Positions 16,461-29,350 of a DNA stretch of 64,000 nucleotides are shown here, piece by piece. The notes beneath the pieces are model-generated. The model had not been told where the DNA came from. It saw nothing but the letters and a program-made list of their open reading frames with translations, and did no database searches. The first letter of the stretch is position 1. Every line of letters starts with the position of its first letter. The stretch is from positions 21,204,001 through 21,268,000 of the forward strand of contig OX597822.1 in the NCBI GenBank assembly GCA_951406725.2. The letters run 5' to 3'. The position numbers and the translations under genes are program-made. The stretch comes from Octopus vulgaris. Lineage: Eukaryota.

Positions 16461-17665
16461 AAAGGGTTGGCTGAAAAGGTCATAGGCTGTCTAAGATACT
16501 CTCATGGATTGTGACCAAATGAGGTTTATTTTCCAACATAGTCCCCCTTGCTGTTCACACAGTTCTTCCATTGGTGTTGCAGTGCTTGGATTCCATGGGT
16601 GAAGAAGCTTTCATTCTGCTGGTTAAAAATTCATCTACAGCAGGCATGACATCATCACCACTGCAATGTTGGTTCCTAGGCAAGTGTTTTTATCCGTTTT
16701 GGGGGAACAGATGAGAGTCAGATGGAGCAAATCAGGAGAATAGGAAATGTGATCAACCAGTTCAAACTACAATTATGCACAGTAGCCATTGAAAGCCAGG
16801 ACTTCTGTGCTGGAGCATTTTCCTGATGAAACAAAACCTCTTTCATCAGTTTTCATGGGTGTTTAGCACCTTTTGTACCTACCTCAGTACTCTCCATTGA
16901 TGGTGTGGCCTTTTTTTGCATCCCCCAAAAAACTGAGGCCATCGCCTTCCTTGCAGATGAAATGACCATGACATTCTTTGAAGCAGGTGAGGAGAGGTGT
17001 TTCCACTGCATGGATTATCATTTTGCCTCTGGCACAATGTGATGAATCCAACACTCATCCTGGCTGAGGAAACATTCATGGTAACCAGCTGGATCTGCCT
17101 GAAACAATATCAGCTTTTCCAGTGGTATGACCAGCCTGGTGCACTCTTGATCAGGTGTTAGAATACATGGCACCCATTGACTAGAAACCTTTGTCAGCTC
17201 AAGTTCATTGTGCAGAATACTCTCAACTCTCTCACGGGTTATTCTAATAGTACTAGCTACTTAATGAATAGTCCACTGCCTATCGTCCATCAGCATGTTT
17301 TCCTTGGTGGTGGCAGTTGCAGGATGTCCAGACCTTGGGTCATCTTCAAGACTGTCCCTTCTCCTTCTAAAGTTTGCATTGTTGATAAAACTGGAGCACC
17401 ATCCCGTAATCTAGTAACCATGTCACCATGAATGTACTTGTGGGCTAAACCACTTTTTTCTGTTGGTAGTTAATAATACCAGGATGCCAAATTTTGTCAG
17501 TTTTCAAGAGAAGTCACTACTAGTTAATTTTGGAGTATTCTTTGAGTAGTCAGATGATAGTTTACCTGTAAAAAAAACAATGTAGTTATTAATCAGAAGG
17601 GTTAGAATTAATGTATCCAAAATTAATTCACAGCTCTGGCCTTTGAACTTCTCAACCTACCCTTA
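16461..17665 (-). mobile_element. Old mariner relic (irritans/Hsmar2-like)
   Basis: Degenerate TIRs aagggttggctgaaaag / cttctcaacctaccctt; remnants GDYVGK*, KVMATVFWD-like; ~1.2 kb. Confidence 0.7.
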
Positions 17666-17710
17666 TACATTATTATATTGTTCTGTAAATTTAGTAGAAT
17701 AAGAAACAAC

Positions 17711-18118
17711 AGGTGCTGGAGTGGCTGTGTGGTAAGAAGCTTGCTTCACAATCACATGGTTCCAAGATCAGTCCCACTGCATGGCACCTTGGGCAAGTGT
17801 CTTCTACTAAAGCCATGGGCCGATCAAAGCCTTATGAGTGGATTTGGTAGATGGAAACTGAAAGAAGCCTGTTGAATATATATATATATATATATACATA
17901 CATACATACATACATGTATGTATTTGTGTGTGTCCCCCAGCACCACTTGACAACCTATGTTGGTGTGTTTACATCCCCATAACTTAGTGGTTTTGCAAAA
18001 AGACCAATAGAATAAGTTCTAGGCTTACAATAAATAAGTCCTGGGGTTGATTTGTTTGAATAAAGGCAGTGATCCAGCATGGCTGCAGCCAAATGACTGA
18101 AACAAGTAAAAGAATAAA
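17711..18118 (+). mobile_element. tRNA-derived SINE family B
   Basis: A-box tggctgtgtgg, B-box-like motif, shared body and tail. Confidence 0.85.
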
Positions 18119-19723
18119 AAAAATTTGAAAAACACATGTCAAATGTAAAATTTCCCTCTGTACATTCCAGTTAACTTATTAAAACCAAAAATTATATCTT
18201 CTGTTTGATTATCACAATTTCTACATGATTCCTTGCTGTGCCACTATGTCATAATTTAATTTCAACTATTCATAACAACCAAAGCAGTAGTATATATATG
18301 AATGATTCTTCTGTGTCACCCAATCACAATATATTCCCAATAAATTTAAGCAACCAAAGCAGTTGCATGGTTTTGTTGCTATCTGCTCTTCCTTCTGTGA
18401 ACTTTTTTGTGCCAGCTGTCACCCATGAGCAAAGATGGCTTGGTCTCACATACCATTCTTTTGCTAATTGATTTAGGTGCTTAAGTAGTTGTGAGTAGAT
18501 CACGACATCCACTAGGCTCTCCTATTCTTTGGCCCAGTGGCTCATCTAGGATGCATCTGCTGTCTTGCATCTGAATAGTCTGGAGCAATGTGAAATGAGA
18601 TAGCTTTCTCAAGGACTCAATGTATTGCCCAGTCTAGGAACTGAAACCATGATATATGATTGTAAGCTGAACACCCTAACCATTAGGCTATATTCTATCA
18701 TTTTCATGATCTTTTATGCACAAATATAAACACACAAAAACAAAAGGCATTAAAAAACATTCTGTGATACGTCCATGAAATGAATATTTAGGAAATTGTA
18801 TAGACATAGATACTGGAGAAACATTAGAAAAATGTATTAAAAGATTTATTGTTTCAATTAGTTTTTGTAAGATAAGTACCTGAGAGGAATGTGTCATTTT
18901 CGGATTTTACATTGTCAAAAACAGTTGAGAATATCTACCACTAACAAGACACTACTAACATTTTAAAATAATATCTCTTATATTGTCTAGTTAAAAACAA
19001 AAAAGCCATTCCTATAACAGATAATTTCTTCACACATTTGTCTCATGATACTAATAAATATTTCAGCCAGAATTTCCAGTTTATAGTTATCTCTCAGATG
19101 TTTTTATATTTTATTAACAATTTCTGTAGGTCAATATGAATGTCTTGACAATTTGCTCCTCTGTGCTTTTATTAATCTGGTATTGGACATTGATTCAGTA
19201 GGTCAAACTACTGAGGATTTTAACTGAAAGTTATGAACTCACCAAAACATTCTAGTTACTCTATCAACTTGCTTTTTCATAGATCAACAGTTAAACTCAG
19301 TCTGGTTGAGGTGGAATGTGAACTTAAGATTGGTACGATGTGAAAATACTAATTCCAGGACTTTTCTGTTTCTATCAACGTTGTTAATTATTGCTTTATT
19401 AACAGTGTAAATTCATTTTTAATTATTTTCTAATTTGCAATCTTACCTGTTTAATAATTAGAATACCCATAACTTAATATATCATTGCACAATGAATTTA
19501 AAATAACTGTAAATGGCTGTCAACATAGTTTTAGCTATTATCACTATAAATTGAACCATTATAGACTAATCTCTTATTGGTAATGGGTATGACTAACATT
19601 TCAGTCTATTAATGGGATTCATATAATTTATACATTTATTCATTTTCTGGCTTTAGTCATTGAACTGTGGTCATGCTGGAGCACCACCTCCGAGGATTTT
19701 AATTGATTATATTGATATCAAAG

Positions 19724-19955
19724 GAAGGCGGCGAGTTGGCAGAAACGTTAGCACACCGGGCGAAATGTGTAGCTGCATTTCCTCTGTCGCTATGTTCTGA
19801 GTTCAAATTCCGCCGAGGTCAACTTTGCCTTTCATCCTTTCCGGGTCGATAAATTAAGTACCAGTTATGCACTGGGGTTGATATAATCGACTTGATCCAT
19901 TTGTCTGTCCTTGTTTTTCCCCTCTGTGTTTAGCCCCTTGTGGGTAGTAAAAAAA
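19724..19955 (+). mobile_element. SINE family A
   Basis: Matches 129-362 (-); nested in a family B tail fragment (19640-19710). Confidence 0.85.
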
Positions 19956-21949
19956 TATATATTGATATCAAAACTTGGTTTGGTACCTAATTTGTTTATT
20001 TTCGAAGGAAGAAAGGCAAAATCAATCTGAATAAATAAAGTATGTTGCTGGAACATAAAGAGGCATGACCAAATGCTGTTTTTGCAGAATGCTCTACTGA
20101 TTGTGCATTCTCCCACAACTATATATTAAATCAACAAAGAAGATAATGAAAGACTCAATTTCTTGATCACTTGACTGGTTAAGAATATCAGCTAAATTTT
20201 CATCAAATCACACCTCATCATCTCAGAAAAGGACTCATTATTAGACAGTCTAGTCTTAGGCTCCCATGTTTATAGGAAAGAGATGAAATAGTCATAGCTG
20301 AAATGCCTTTTATCACTATCTGGTTGATCAAGGCTGAACTTGGGCTACATAACAGCAACACCCCCCCCACACACACACACACGACGGGATTCCACACATT
20401 TTCCACCCACTATACTTTACTCTTAAGGCTTTGATGGACAGGAGACTATGGGAAAATTTACTTGACCAAGAAGCTGTACAACATAAATTAGTATCCTCTA
20501 GCTGGACAATTATCCTGTACTGATGAAGTGAAGTAACCCAGAAATCACAATACACAGATATTGTTTTAAGTTGGGTGGGGGTACTAGATACCCTTGTTTG
20601 AAAATATAAGGACACAGATCGTGTTGTATAGCCACCTGGAGATGATGTCTTCTGGAGCTAAATTACAGTAACATTTGTCCTAAACCAGGACAGCCATGTA
20701 TGTTGGCAAACAATCTTTACTCTAAAATACTGTTGCCGAATATCTGCCAAATCTTGGGTGTACTACCTCCTGCTTTCTCATTTTAAGAAGTTTAAATCCT
20801 GATATTTATCTCCCTTGTCTTTCTTGACATTAATGAATAATAGCTAATGATTTTTATTGTGGATGTACTTTTTATAGAAAACATTTTTTGTTTACTGCAT
20901 TTCATACACTAATCCTATCTTGACTGGTATGTTTTATCTAACATCATATTAGGTTTATCATATTTGGTTGATTCTCTCTGTTTTCCCAAATCAACACTAT
21001 ATTCTGTAGTAGGATGTTTATAAGGTGTATAGATACTTTTGCTTTCCATATTAACAACCCACAAGTTATTATTTTCTTTTCTTATACTGTTTTCTCACTT
21101 TAGTGAAGTTTACTGTTTCAGAATCAGTCATATTAGTCATACTTCTTTGATAGAAGTTAAAATGAATTTCATGTTTCTTTGTAAAGGTAGTTTATTTCTT
21201 TTTCTAACTCTTGCTTTTAAGATGTTGTCGTTGTTGTTGTTGTCCAATTTTCTACAGAAAGATGTCCTCAAGCAACTTCTGTTTGATTAGTTATAATATT
21301 TGTTTTCTTTAACATAAGTTAGATTTATTGTGTTTATTTTATTATCATATCGAAGAGGAGAGTTGAGTTGTAATATTACCTCACCATTTAGAGGGAAAAA
21401 TACTGTAAATTGCTATTTCTTATTTATTTATCTATTTTATTTTATTTTATTTCTGCCTTCACAGCAGAAACTCTTTGCAATGCAGTTATTGGTTGACAGG
21501 AATTCAAATAGGAATATTTTGAGTATTCAGTACAATTGTCCAAATAATAGTAACATTTACAAGGACAAAAATTATAATACTTATAATAAAAACGTTACCA
21601 ATAATGAGGACATATGTGATAAAGAAAACATCTATACTATTACTTGTTCTACTAAAAATAGCAGCCAAATTTCTCTCAAATCACATCCTATCATCTTAAA
21701 AATAAAAGCACATATAACAGAATGTAGTCATAGTTATACAAACAATGAAGGGATGGTCATGAGTGGAATGACTTAGCCAGGGCTATCATGATAGAAAGTT
21801 CACAGGGGAAAGATATTTCATGCTGTATCTGCATGTAACAATGAATTGGAAAATTGAAAGAGTGGCAACTATAGAAAAACATGATAGGTGAGCCATCCTG
21901 GAAAGAAATGCTATGTAAATAGGAAAAATAAGAAAAATATTCAGGTAGA

Positions 21950-23350
21950 CCTCATGAATGTTGTGTAGCTTCAAATAAACTCTGTGGTTCCACTGACACC
22001 ATTGCTCATTTCTAGTTTGAAGTGTTTGAACTTTAATGGATTTTTTTTTATATCTCTGTTGCAGTAATGTAATGGTTGAATATCAGAAGGCTGAGTACAT
22101 TTTTGACTTCTTTCATTACAATATTTGAGTGATTCACTCTGATTTCCCAATCAGTCGATATGAGCATAGCCATGTTATTGCCTCATACTAGCATTGAAGC
22201 TTGCTTGTACTATTTGTTTTCAATTGTAACTATTGCCCAAAGAATATACCTACTTACTCAGTTTGCTGAGTAAATTATCTTCATGAAGACTGGAAAGTCG
22301 ATCTAAGTCTTTTGTTCCAGTATTTTATTTTGGTAGCTCTATGTTGTTTGCCATTCATGTTTTTGTAGATAAAATCAAAATCTTCCATTTCTGTGTTTTA
22401 GTCCAGAGCTTTTAAGCCATCATTGGCTTCCATAATGGATCACTTCTTATCTGTCAAATCTTGCAGAATATACTGACCCTAAGCAGGATCTTCTTTCCTT
22501 CTTGTTCATTAGTTTTATTTATTTATGTATTTTTGAGTTTTGGTTTAAATTTATCTTTTTTATTTCTTCTGTTACATTCCCCGGTCGTTTTGTCTTTATC
22601 TAAATCTATTCTGTTGAGGTATTAAGCTTCTAATGTGTATCATACTGTTAATATATATATATAGATATATATATATGCAAAGAGAGAGGATATCTTTTGT
22701 AGTATTTTGAGTTTAATTAATTTGTCTTTTTTTATGGTAGCTTTGAGACACATTTGTTGTATGTTGAGTCTAAATCTGATATTCATTTTGAAATTACTGC
22801 TGAATTCATTCCCCATTAATTGTGGTTTCTCTTCTATTTTTGAAATCACAAGAACATGATTTATAGTTTGTCTGCAGCATTTGTAACCATTGATGGTTTG
22901 GTGTAGTAAATATGTTTATTCAGTGCTAGACAACAATGTAATGAAGACTAATTTCTTCTTCTTACAAGGATAGGGCTACTTTATCTTCTGTTATCATAAA
23001 TTGTTAATGATATTTTCCATTTTACCATGACATTGTTGATATGCTGTTACTGTACCAGGGTTGTTTTGTTGATGTACAATGTCTCCACTTCTTAGTAGTG
23101 AGACTATTCAGATAATGGTTTCTCAATCCATGCCATGCTTAGATTTTTGTTTCTGAATTAGTTGTTTTCAATAACTGCTCAGTTTTAGCAAAAATTCTTT
23201 TTGATTCCATGTTTTATCAGCAACACTCTTTCAGCTCTTCTGACAAGATACTCTCATCCGCGAAGTTATACATATCAAGATTTTGTGTATTGTTGGTTAA
23301 CAAGTTACTTGTCAGCACTTTAGAAGATGACTGATGTTTTTGATTTTGTT
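21950..23350 (-). pseudogene. Highly decayed reverse transcriptase relic, probably Penelope-like
   Basis: ITEDKSSPILV (ADK-type motif, ~22965-22995) and YKQ..GNNMA (~22170-22215) in the expected order; many stops. Confidence 0.4.
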
Positions 23351-25447
23351 AATTCAATATTTTCGTTTCTAGATGCTATTTTTGTTTGCTTCACAAGTTC
23401 ATGGTTTGGGGTTTGATCCCACTGTGCTGAATCTTGAACAAAAGTCTTCTAATAAAGTAGTGAGTTGTGAATGAAATTTGACAGATGGAAATTGCATGGA
23501 AGTCTGTCAACTACTCATCTTCATCTGAGGAAGACTTAATTCATTGCCTAATACAACACCAGCACCTGTCCTTTTGGTGTCCTTAACCATGACTCACTGT
23601 CAACCAGTTTCTACATCATCACCTGTCTTTTAGGTGTCATTAGCATTTCACTGTTAGAAAACATAATTTTTTCCTTTCCTCCCACCAGTTTCAGTAATCA
23701 TAGACACTGCCCTTCTTCCTCTGAGACATTAAAAAAATAAACCAATAAAAATCTAACTAAACTAGTGTCATGCACCTTCAAATCTCAGATAACAATCCCA
23801 GTAAGCACAACATCCTAACCAGTTCATGCACCTTCTACTTCTAAAATACTACTGGACTGAATAGCATAATGTCTTCTTAATGTATTTTATTTCACATTGC
23901 TCCTCCAATCTTTTCTCTTTAAAATAAATACCAGCCCAAGTGCTGATGCTTCAGCTATCACATCCTGGATATTCTATTGGCACAAGTATGGGAGGACTAC
24001 ATAAGTGCTGAAAACAATTTTCAATGCTACAAAATCATGCTTGTGTTTGACACCCATGTCACTATTCAGTAACTTTTACTCAGACCTTGTCAAACAATTT
24101 CATTAACCATTGTTCTTTCATCATTGTTGTATTTTTCTCTACAGTATCAATGTTTAGTCATTGTCTCCAACGTTTAGCAGTCGTATTTTTCTAGTATTAA
24201 TATTTTGTGAATGTTTTGGCTTGTTCAGATATTAGAATTTTAGAATAGTTGTTATAAGGTGCTTAATGTGAAATTTCACCTTTAGCAGATTAAAACTCAT
24301 TAGTTGTTTAAAAAATTCAAGTACCATTAATATATCATTTCAGTTTATTCATCCACATACACACACACATGCAGCAGATGAGTAAAGCTATGTGAGACTT
24401 TTCTCAGGTTTAAAATGTGATATTGTTTTTGTTATCTATATTCCAAAGATGCAGCTTTATATCTTTGTTAGAAACCAGCTCCTTCTTCAGAGGAAGAATT
24501 TAAATAATTAAATACAGAAGAGACATACATACATATGTGTGTGTGTGTATATATATATCACTAAAACAGGGCTTAAACCAAGATAAGAGAAATCTAGTTA
24601 TCAATTCTCATTAACTATTTATCTCTTCTACAAATAAATAAAATTCATTTTGATTTCAATGTTGATGACTCATATTTATGATTGTTCATTTTCTGGGTTT
24701 GAATCACTTTGTGGATTTACCTTTCATCCTTTTAGTGTTGTTTCAATAAGAACCAATGTGGGGGTATTTACGCAATTGCCTAACATGCCAGAAATAGCAG
24801 CCATCTTAAATAAGGAAAGTACACATTAGATAATGTAGTCCTAGGCATAGTATAAAAAAGATAGTACATTCGCAACTGGAGTATCTTTAATCATAGGTCT
24901 GCATAACCAGTCATGACTAGTGGCTAAACAAAATTTAGCATCAAGAAGGGTATCTGATCATATAGTGCCTTCCAAACCATACCCAAAGAGAAAAGCAGAT
25001 GTAAAAATGACGATGTGTACCTGCATCTGTATGAGCATCATTTTCCATCTACTTTCCATCTTGGTGTTTATTGTGCAGATCGCCACAATCCAAGTCAAAT
25101 TCATATTTCGTCTGTTTAACCACTTAGTTGGGCTGTTGGACCACATGTCACTTGTACACTTCATTTTTAGTTTAGCTTCTACAGCTGGATACCCGGCCTA
25201 TGATTAACCATCTGGTGTTTATTTAGTGCATTTTGTTGTGGCACTATCATTAGAAAGGTTTTCATATCCTTCACAAAACTAAAGGATGGCAGGAGGGATT
25301 TGGTTTAAGTTAGTTCAGAAGAATCCCTTGTTACATGGCATAGGGCAGTGAGAAAAAAAAAAGGTGAGTGATGGAGAGATAAGGAATCAAACTGATGAGG
25401 GAAGCAGCAGCAAATGTAACATTGTCTACGTATGTGTGGGTGTGTAT

Positions 25448-25781
25448 GCTGAGATCCCCTTCGGTCATGACTGACCGTGGGAATGCACCTAGAAAGTTAC
25501 CTTCCCAGGTACAAGTCCAGGCAAGGTTATTTATGGAAGACCAGCAGTCGCCCATGCATACAGGCCTCCCCTCACCATGCCACCAGTGTTATCTAACGGA
25601 AAGGCAATTGCCAATACAGCTTGGCACCTGTGACGTCGCAACTCATTTCTACAGCTGAGTGAACTGGAGCAACGTGAAATAAAGTGTCTTGCTCAAGAAC
25701 ACAACATGCAGCCCGGTCCAGGATTCAAACTCACAACTTCACGATTGTAAGCTCGATATTCTAACCACTGAGCCATGCACC
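25448..25781 (-). mobile_element. tRNA-derived SINE family D
   Basis: On -: tggctcagtggttagaa (A box), gagtttgaatcc (B box), ttgtgttcttgagcaagacacttt core; related decayed copies at ~18570-18690 and 54520-54650. Confidence 0.8.
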
Positions 25782-26028
25782 TTCACACAAACATATATAT
25801 ATATATATACAAATTGAGATAGGGGTTGTAAATGCAACCCTCCATGGGATAACATATATCCAATATACTGCTAGTGAAGTACCCAACAAAGTTAATACAT
25901 AAATGTATATGTATATTTATATGTATAGGAGTATGAGTATATGCACTCATATATATATGTATATGTTTTATTATGGGTATGTACCCACACCTATATAAGT
26001 ATGTATGTAATCTGATTTGTATCACATA

Positions 26029-26155
26029 ATCTCCGAAGAGGCCTTAGGATATTTTTGTAAATGTCTCATTTATAACTACATATTGACCTACCATAAATGG
26101 CTAATATAAGTAAAATGAGACATACTTATCTACATGGCCGAAACAGCTGTAAGAT
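26029..26155 (+). ncRNA. Type I hammerhead variant (CCGAAGA core) with extended stem II
   Basis: atct-CCGAAGA-ggcc...atgtctcattt..aaatgagacat...ggcc-GAAA-CAGCTG-TA-agat; GUA cut after 26151; ACAGCTGT palindrome. Confidence 0.75.
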
Positions 26156-26391
26156 GTAGTCTATATTTATATTTATGTGTACTTATATTTATTTTCTCTT
26201 ATACATATTCTACTTATTGTATAACATTACTCTTTTATGTACACTCCTTCATGTACACTGTTTTGCCCTACATTATTATGTTTAACTTTATAGTTTCTTA
26301 TGTGGTGGTTTAATAAAGTATGTGATTGAGTATTATCTGGTAATTGATATTTGATTTCGATGTATTTCTCCATTTTCTTATTTTGTATATA

Positions 26392-26423
<32 letters not shown>

Positions 26424-26914
26424 GATGATAATGACGATGATGATGATATATACATAAATATTCTTTTATTCTTCCTTTTTCACTTATTTCAGTCATTTGA
26501 CTGGCCAGGCTGGGACACTGCGTTTAATTAAACAAATCAACCCATGGGCTTATTATTTGTAAGACTATTACTTGTTCTATCAGTCTATTTTGCACTGGTG
26601 TCGAAGTAATCGAGTGAAACCCTTTGTCTGTCCTTGTTTGTCCCCTCTACGTTTAGCCCCCTGTGGGCAATAAAGAAATAAATATGAGGTTCTTGAGAAG
26701 ACCTGCTCACATCAGTGAAACTGAGTTCTAAAAGCACTGTGTCCCCCCACACTTAACAGGAAATCTTCTCACACCCTACTACAACAAACCAAACTACATC
26801 TCTTCCACATATTTCCACTTTGTACAGGTGCCATTTAAAAAGCATCCAGTCCACACTGTAAAGTGGGTGGCATTTGGAAGGGCATCCAGCTGTAAAAACC
26901 TTGTATATAGCCTT

Positions 26915-27561
26915 TAAGCAACTGACCCTGAGTGGGAAGATCTGCAAACAGATCTCTGACTTGTTTTGGAGAATTTGTTGCAATTGCTTCCTCCAGAGTC
27001 AGTATCCCAATGATGATCAAATTCGTTGCAAAAAATCATGCATAAAAATTTGTTGCGAAAAGTCATGTAAAAAAATCGCTGAAAACAATCATTGTAATGA
27101 AAAATTGGGAATCCAAAATTTCAGGATTGTGGGCCTGGGTTCAACCCGAAATGTTTTTAATCTACTCACAGAGTCAGCCTGATTCCAGAATAGTATTATA
27201 TTATATGTAGAGCTATGGCCGCTAGGGGTAAAGTTGAAAAAGTGTGACACACTGACACATACTATATCATATTAAATTATCATATTATATTAAGGCAGTG
27301 AGCTGGCAAAATTGCTAACATGCCTGGTGAAATGCTTAGTGGTATTTCATCTGCCGTTAGCTTTTGAGTTTGATTTCTGCTGAAGTCAACTTTTCCTTTC
27401 ATCCTTTCGGGGTCAATAAAATTAGTACCAGTTACATACAGGGTTCGATGTAATTGACTTAATCCTTTTCCCCAAAATTTGAGGCCTTGTGTTTCCAGTA
27501 GAAAAGATTTATTAAAGTTGAAAAAGTATGACACACTAACATCCACATTTATTATATTAGA
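26915..27561 (-). mobile_element. Helitron-like relic (second 5'-type end at ~28010)
   Basis: HWD..TLEEAIATNSPKQVRDLFA resembles a RepHel segment; - strand starts TCTAATATAATAAATGTG at 27561 and 28010. Confidence 0.55.
27292..27510 (+). mobile_element. SINE family A inserted in the Helitron relic
   Basis: Family A consensus; flanked by a ~30-bp duplication taaagttgaaaaagtrtgacacact (27230, 27513). Confidence 0.8.
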
Positions 27562-28009
27562 AATGTTTAATTTTGGGGAAACTTTATTTCAATGAAAGCG
27601 TATTTTATATGTGTGTGTGTGTGTTTGTACTAAAGAAAGCAAAAATAAAACAAAAATGATAGTGTTCAGTATGTTGATGACAGGAATTTCTGTCAGAGAC
27701 TTGGTAAAACAAGATTGTACATCATCTCCCTCTTTCTTTCACATACCCACTCTTTCTCTCTCTTTAATTATTACTCCCACTGCCACCATCAACACTACTA
27801 CTTTTAGTAAAACATCATCAACTCTCCCTAAATTTCTTTGTCTCTCTTTCTCTCCCTCTTTTTTCTTTCTCTCTCTGTCTTCACCACTGCCCTCACTGTC
27901 TCTATACCTACTATTACTCGCACCCCATCATGATGAATAGTAGGAATGTCAATGAATAGTGAGGAAGGGGGTCTAAGTGTGACATTAGTTTTCACATTTA
28001 TTATATTAG

Positions 28010-28094
<85 letters not shown>

Positions 28095-28101
<7 letters not shown>

Positions 28102-29002
28102 ACAATTTAATAAATAAAATATATGCATACATACATACATATATGCATGTAACTACATCTATATGTATATATACATGGATATGACTGAGCGCCTCGCGTC
28201 ATTTCGTTTCTTATCCTCCAAGTAAGTTTTTATATATAATTATGACGCGCACTCTCTAACCCTTTACTTGACCTTTCCTTCCTTCCTGTCTGTCTTCCTC
28301 TCTACCTGTCTCTCTCCTTATTTTTCACCCTTTCTGGTTTCCTTTCCTCTCTATCTCTCTCTCTCCCACTCCCTCCTCTCTCTCACTGCTGAGTGGACTA
28401 CTAACTTTCTTTTGCTCATAGCTTTCAACAAGTCAACATTGACTTTTTCTGTCTCTGGCAAGTCGATTCTGAATTGCGCTCCAACGAATTTTTCCACCGT
28501 CTAGGCTTAAAAAAGCCCTCAATGTTGGTTTCATTGTCCTGTTTTTATTCTTTATGTGTACTGTATTTTCATTCGTATTGCTTTTACGTCCTGTTCTTGT
28601 CACTTTTTTTTCCTTGTTTTACCCCTCTGCAAAGGAATTTTATTTAATTCATTTTGCAGGAAGGATTGCTTTGGCCGGATCATGTTCTGCCCTTACCTTC
28701 GAAACACGCATTGAGTCGAACCAGGGGCAGCTGATGAAGGGGAATATTCCTTGTATTGTTTGTCTTGTACTCTGTTTTTTCGTTGTTAAAAAAAGTCCGT
28801 TTCCTTGTTAGTTTTTATGTTTTCGTTTCTCATTGTGTTCTACATTTATTAGTGGTGTCCTGTAATTATATATATATATGCATGTATATATACATATAGA
28901 TGTAGGTACGTACATATATGTATGTATGCATATATCTTATTTATTAAATTGTTATTATATGACTGAGCGCCTCGTGTCATTTCGTTTCTTATCCTCCAAG
29001 TA

Positions 29003-29007
<5 letters not shown>
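28095..29007 (+). mobile_element. Non-autonomous Penelope-like/retrozyme-type element: 5' inverted segment plus terminal direct repeat
   Basis: ~48-bp direct repeat at 28181-28228 and 28959-29007; 28095-28177 is an inverted copy of 28880-28959; in (TA)n; carries an HHR. Confidence 0.7.
28622..28742 (+). ncRNA. Rearranged hammerhead ribozyme, copy 2
   Basis: P1 cccct 28622-26/agggg 28738-42; P2 28627-28659; II gaagg 28660-64/ccttc 28696-700; III catg/cacg (one mismatch, CpG-type); GUU cut after 28686; I ctgccctt/aggggcag; GAAA 28701-04; CTGATGA 28731-37. Confidence 0.7.
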
Positions 29008-29034
<27 letters not shown>

Positions 29035-29037
<3 letters not shown>

Positions 29038-29350
29038 TCATTTAATGTTTATCTTCTATGCTGGCATGGGTTGGACAGTTCGACTGGAGCTGGCCAATGG
29101 GGTGCTGTCCAGACTCCAGTTGTCTGTTGTGGCATGGTTTTTAAGGCTGGATACCCTTCCTAACACCAGCCACTTTACAGAGTGTGCTGAGTACCTATCA
29201 CATGCCACCAGTATGGGTGTGTTTATGCAGCACTGGCATCAATGTGCATTTTATGTGGTACCAGCACGTTAAAGGACAAGCCAGTATGCATGATAAGTGA
29301 TTTTACTTAGCTTGATGTGTCTTCTCAAGTACAGCAAATTGCTTCAACTC
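29035..29350 (-). mobile_element. SINE family C, diverged
   Basis: catcatttaatgt..catgggttggac..ggctggatacccttcctaacacc. Confidence 0.7.
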
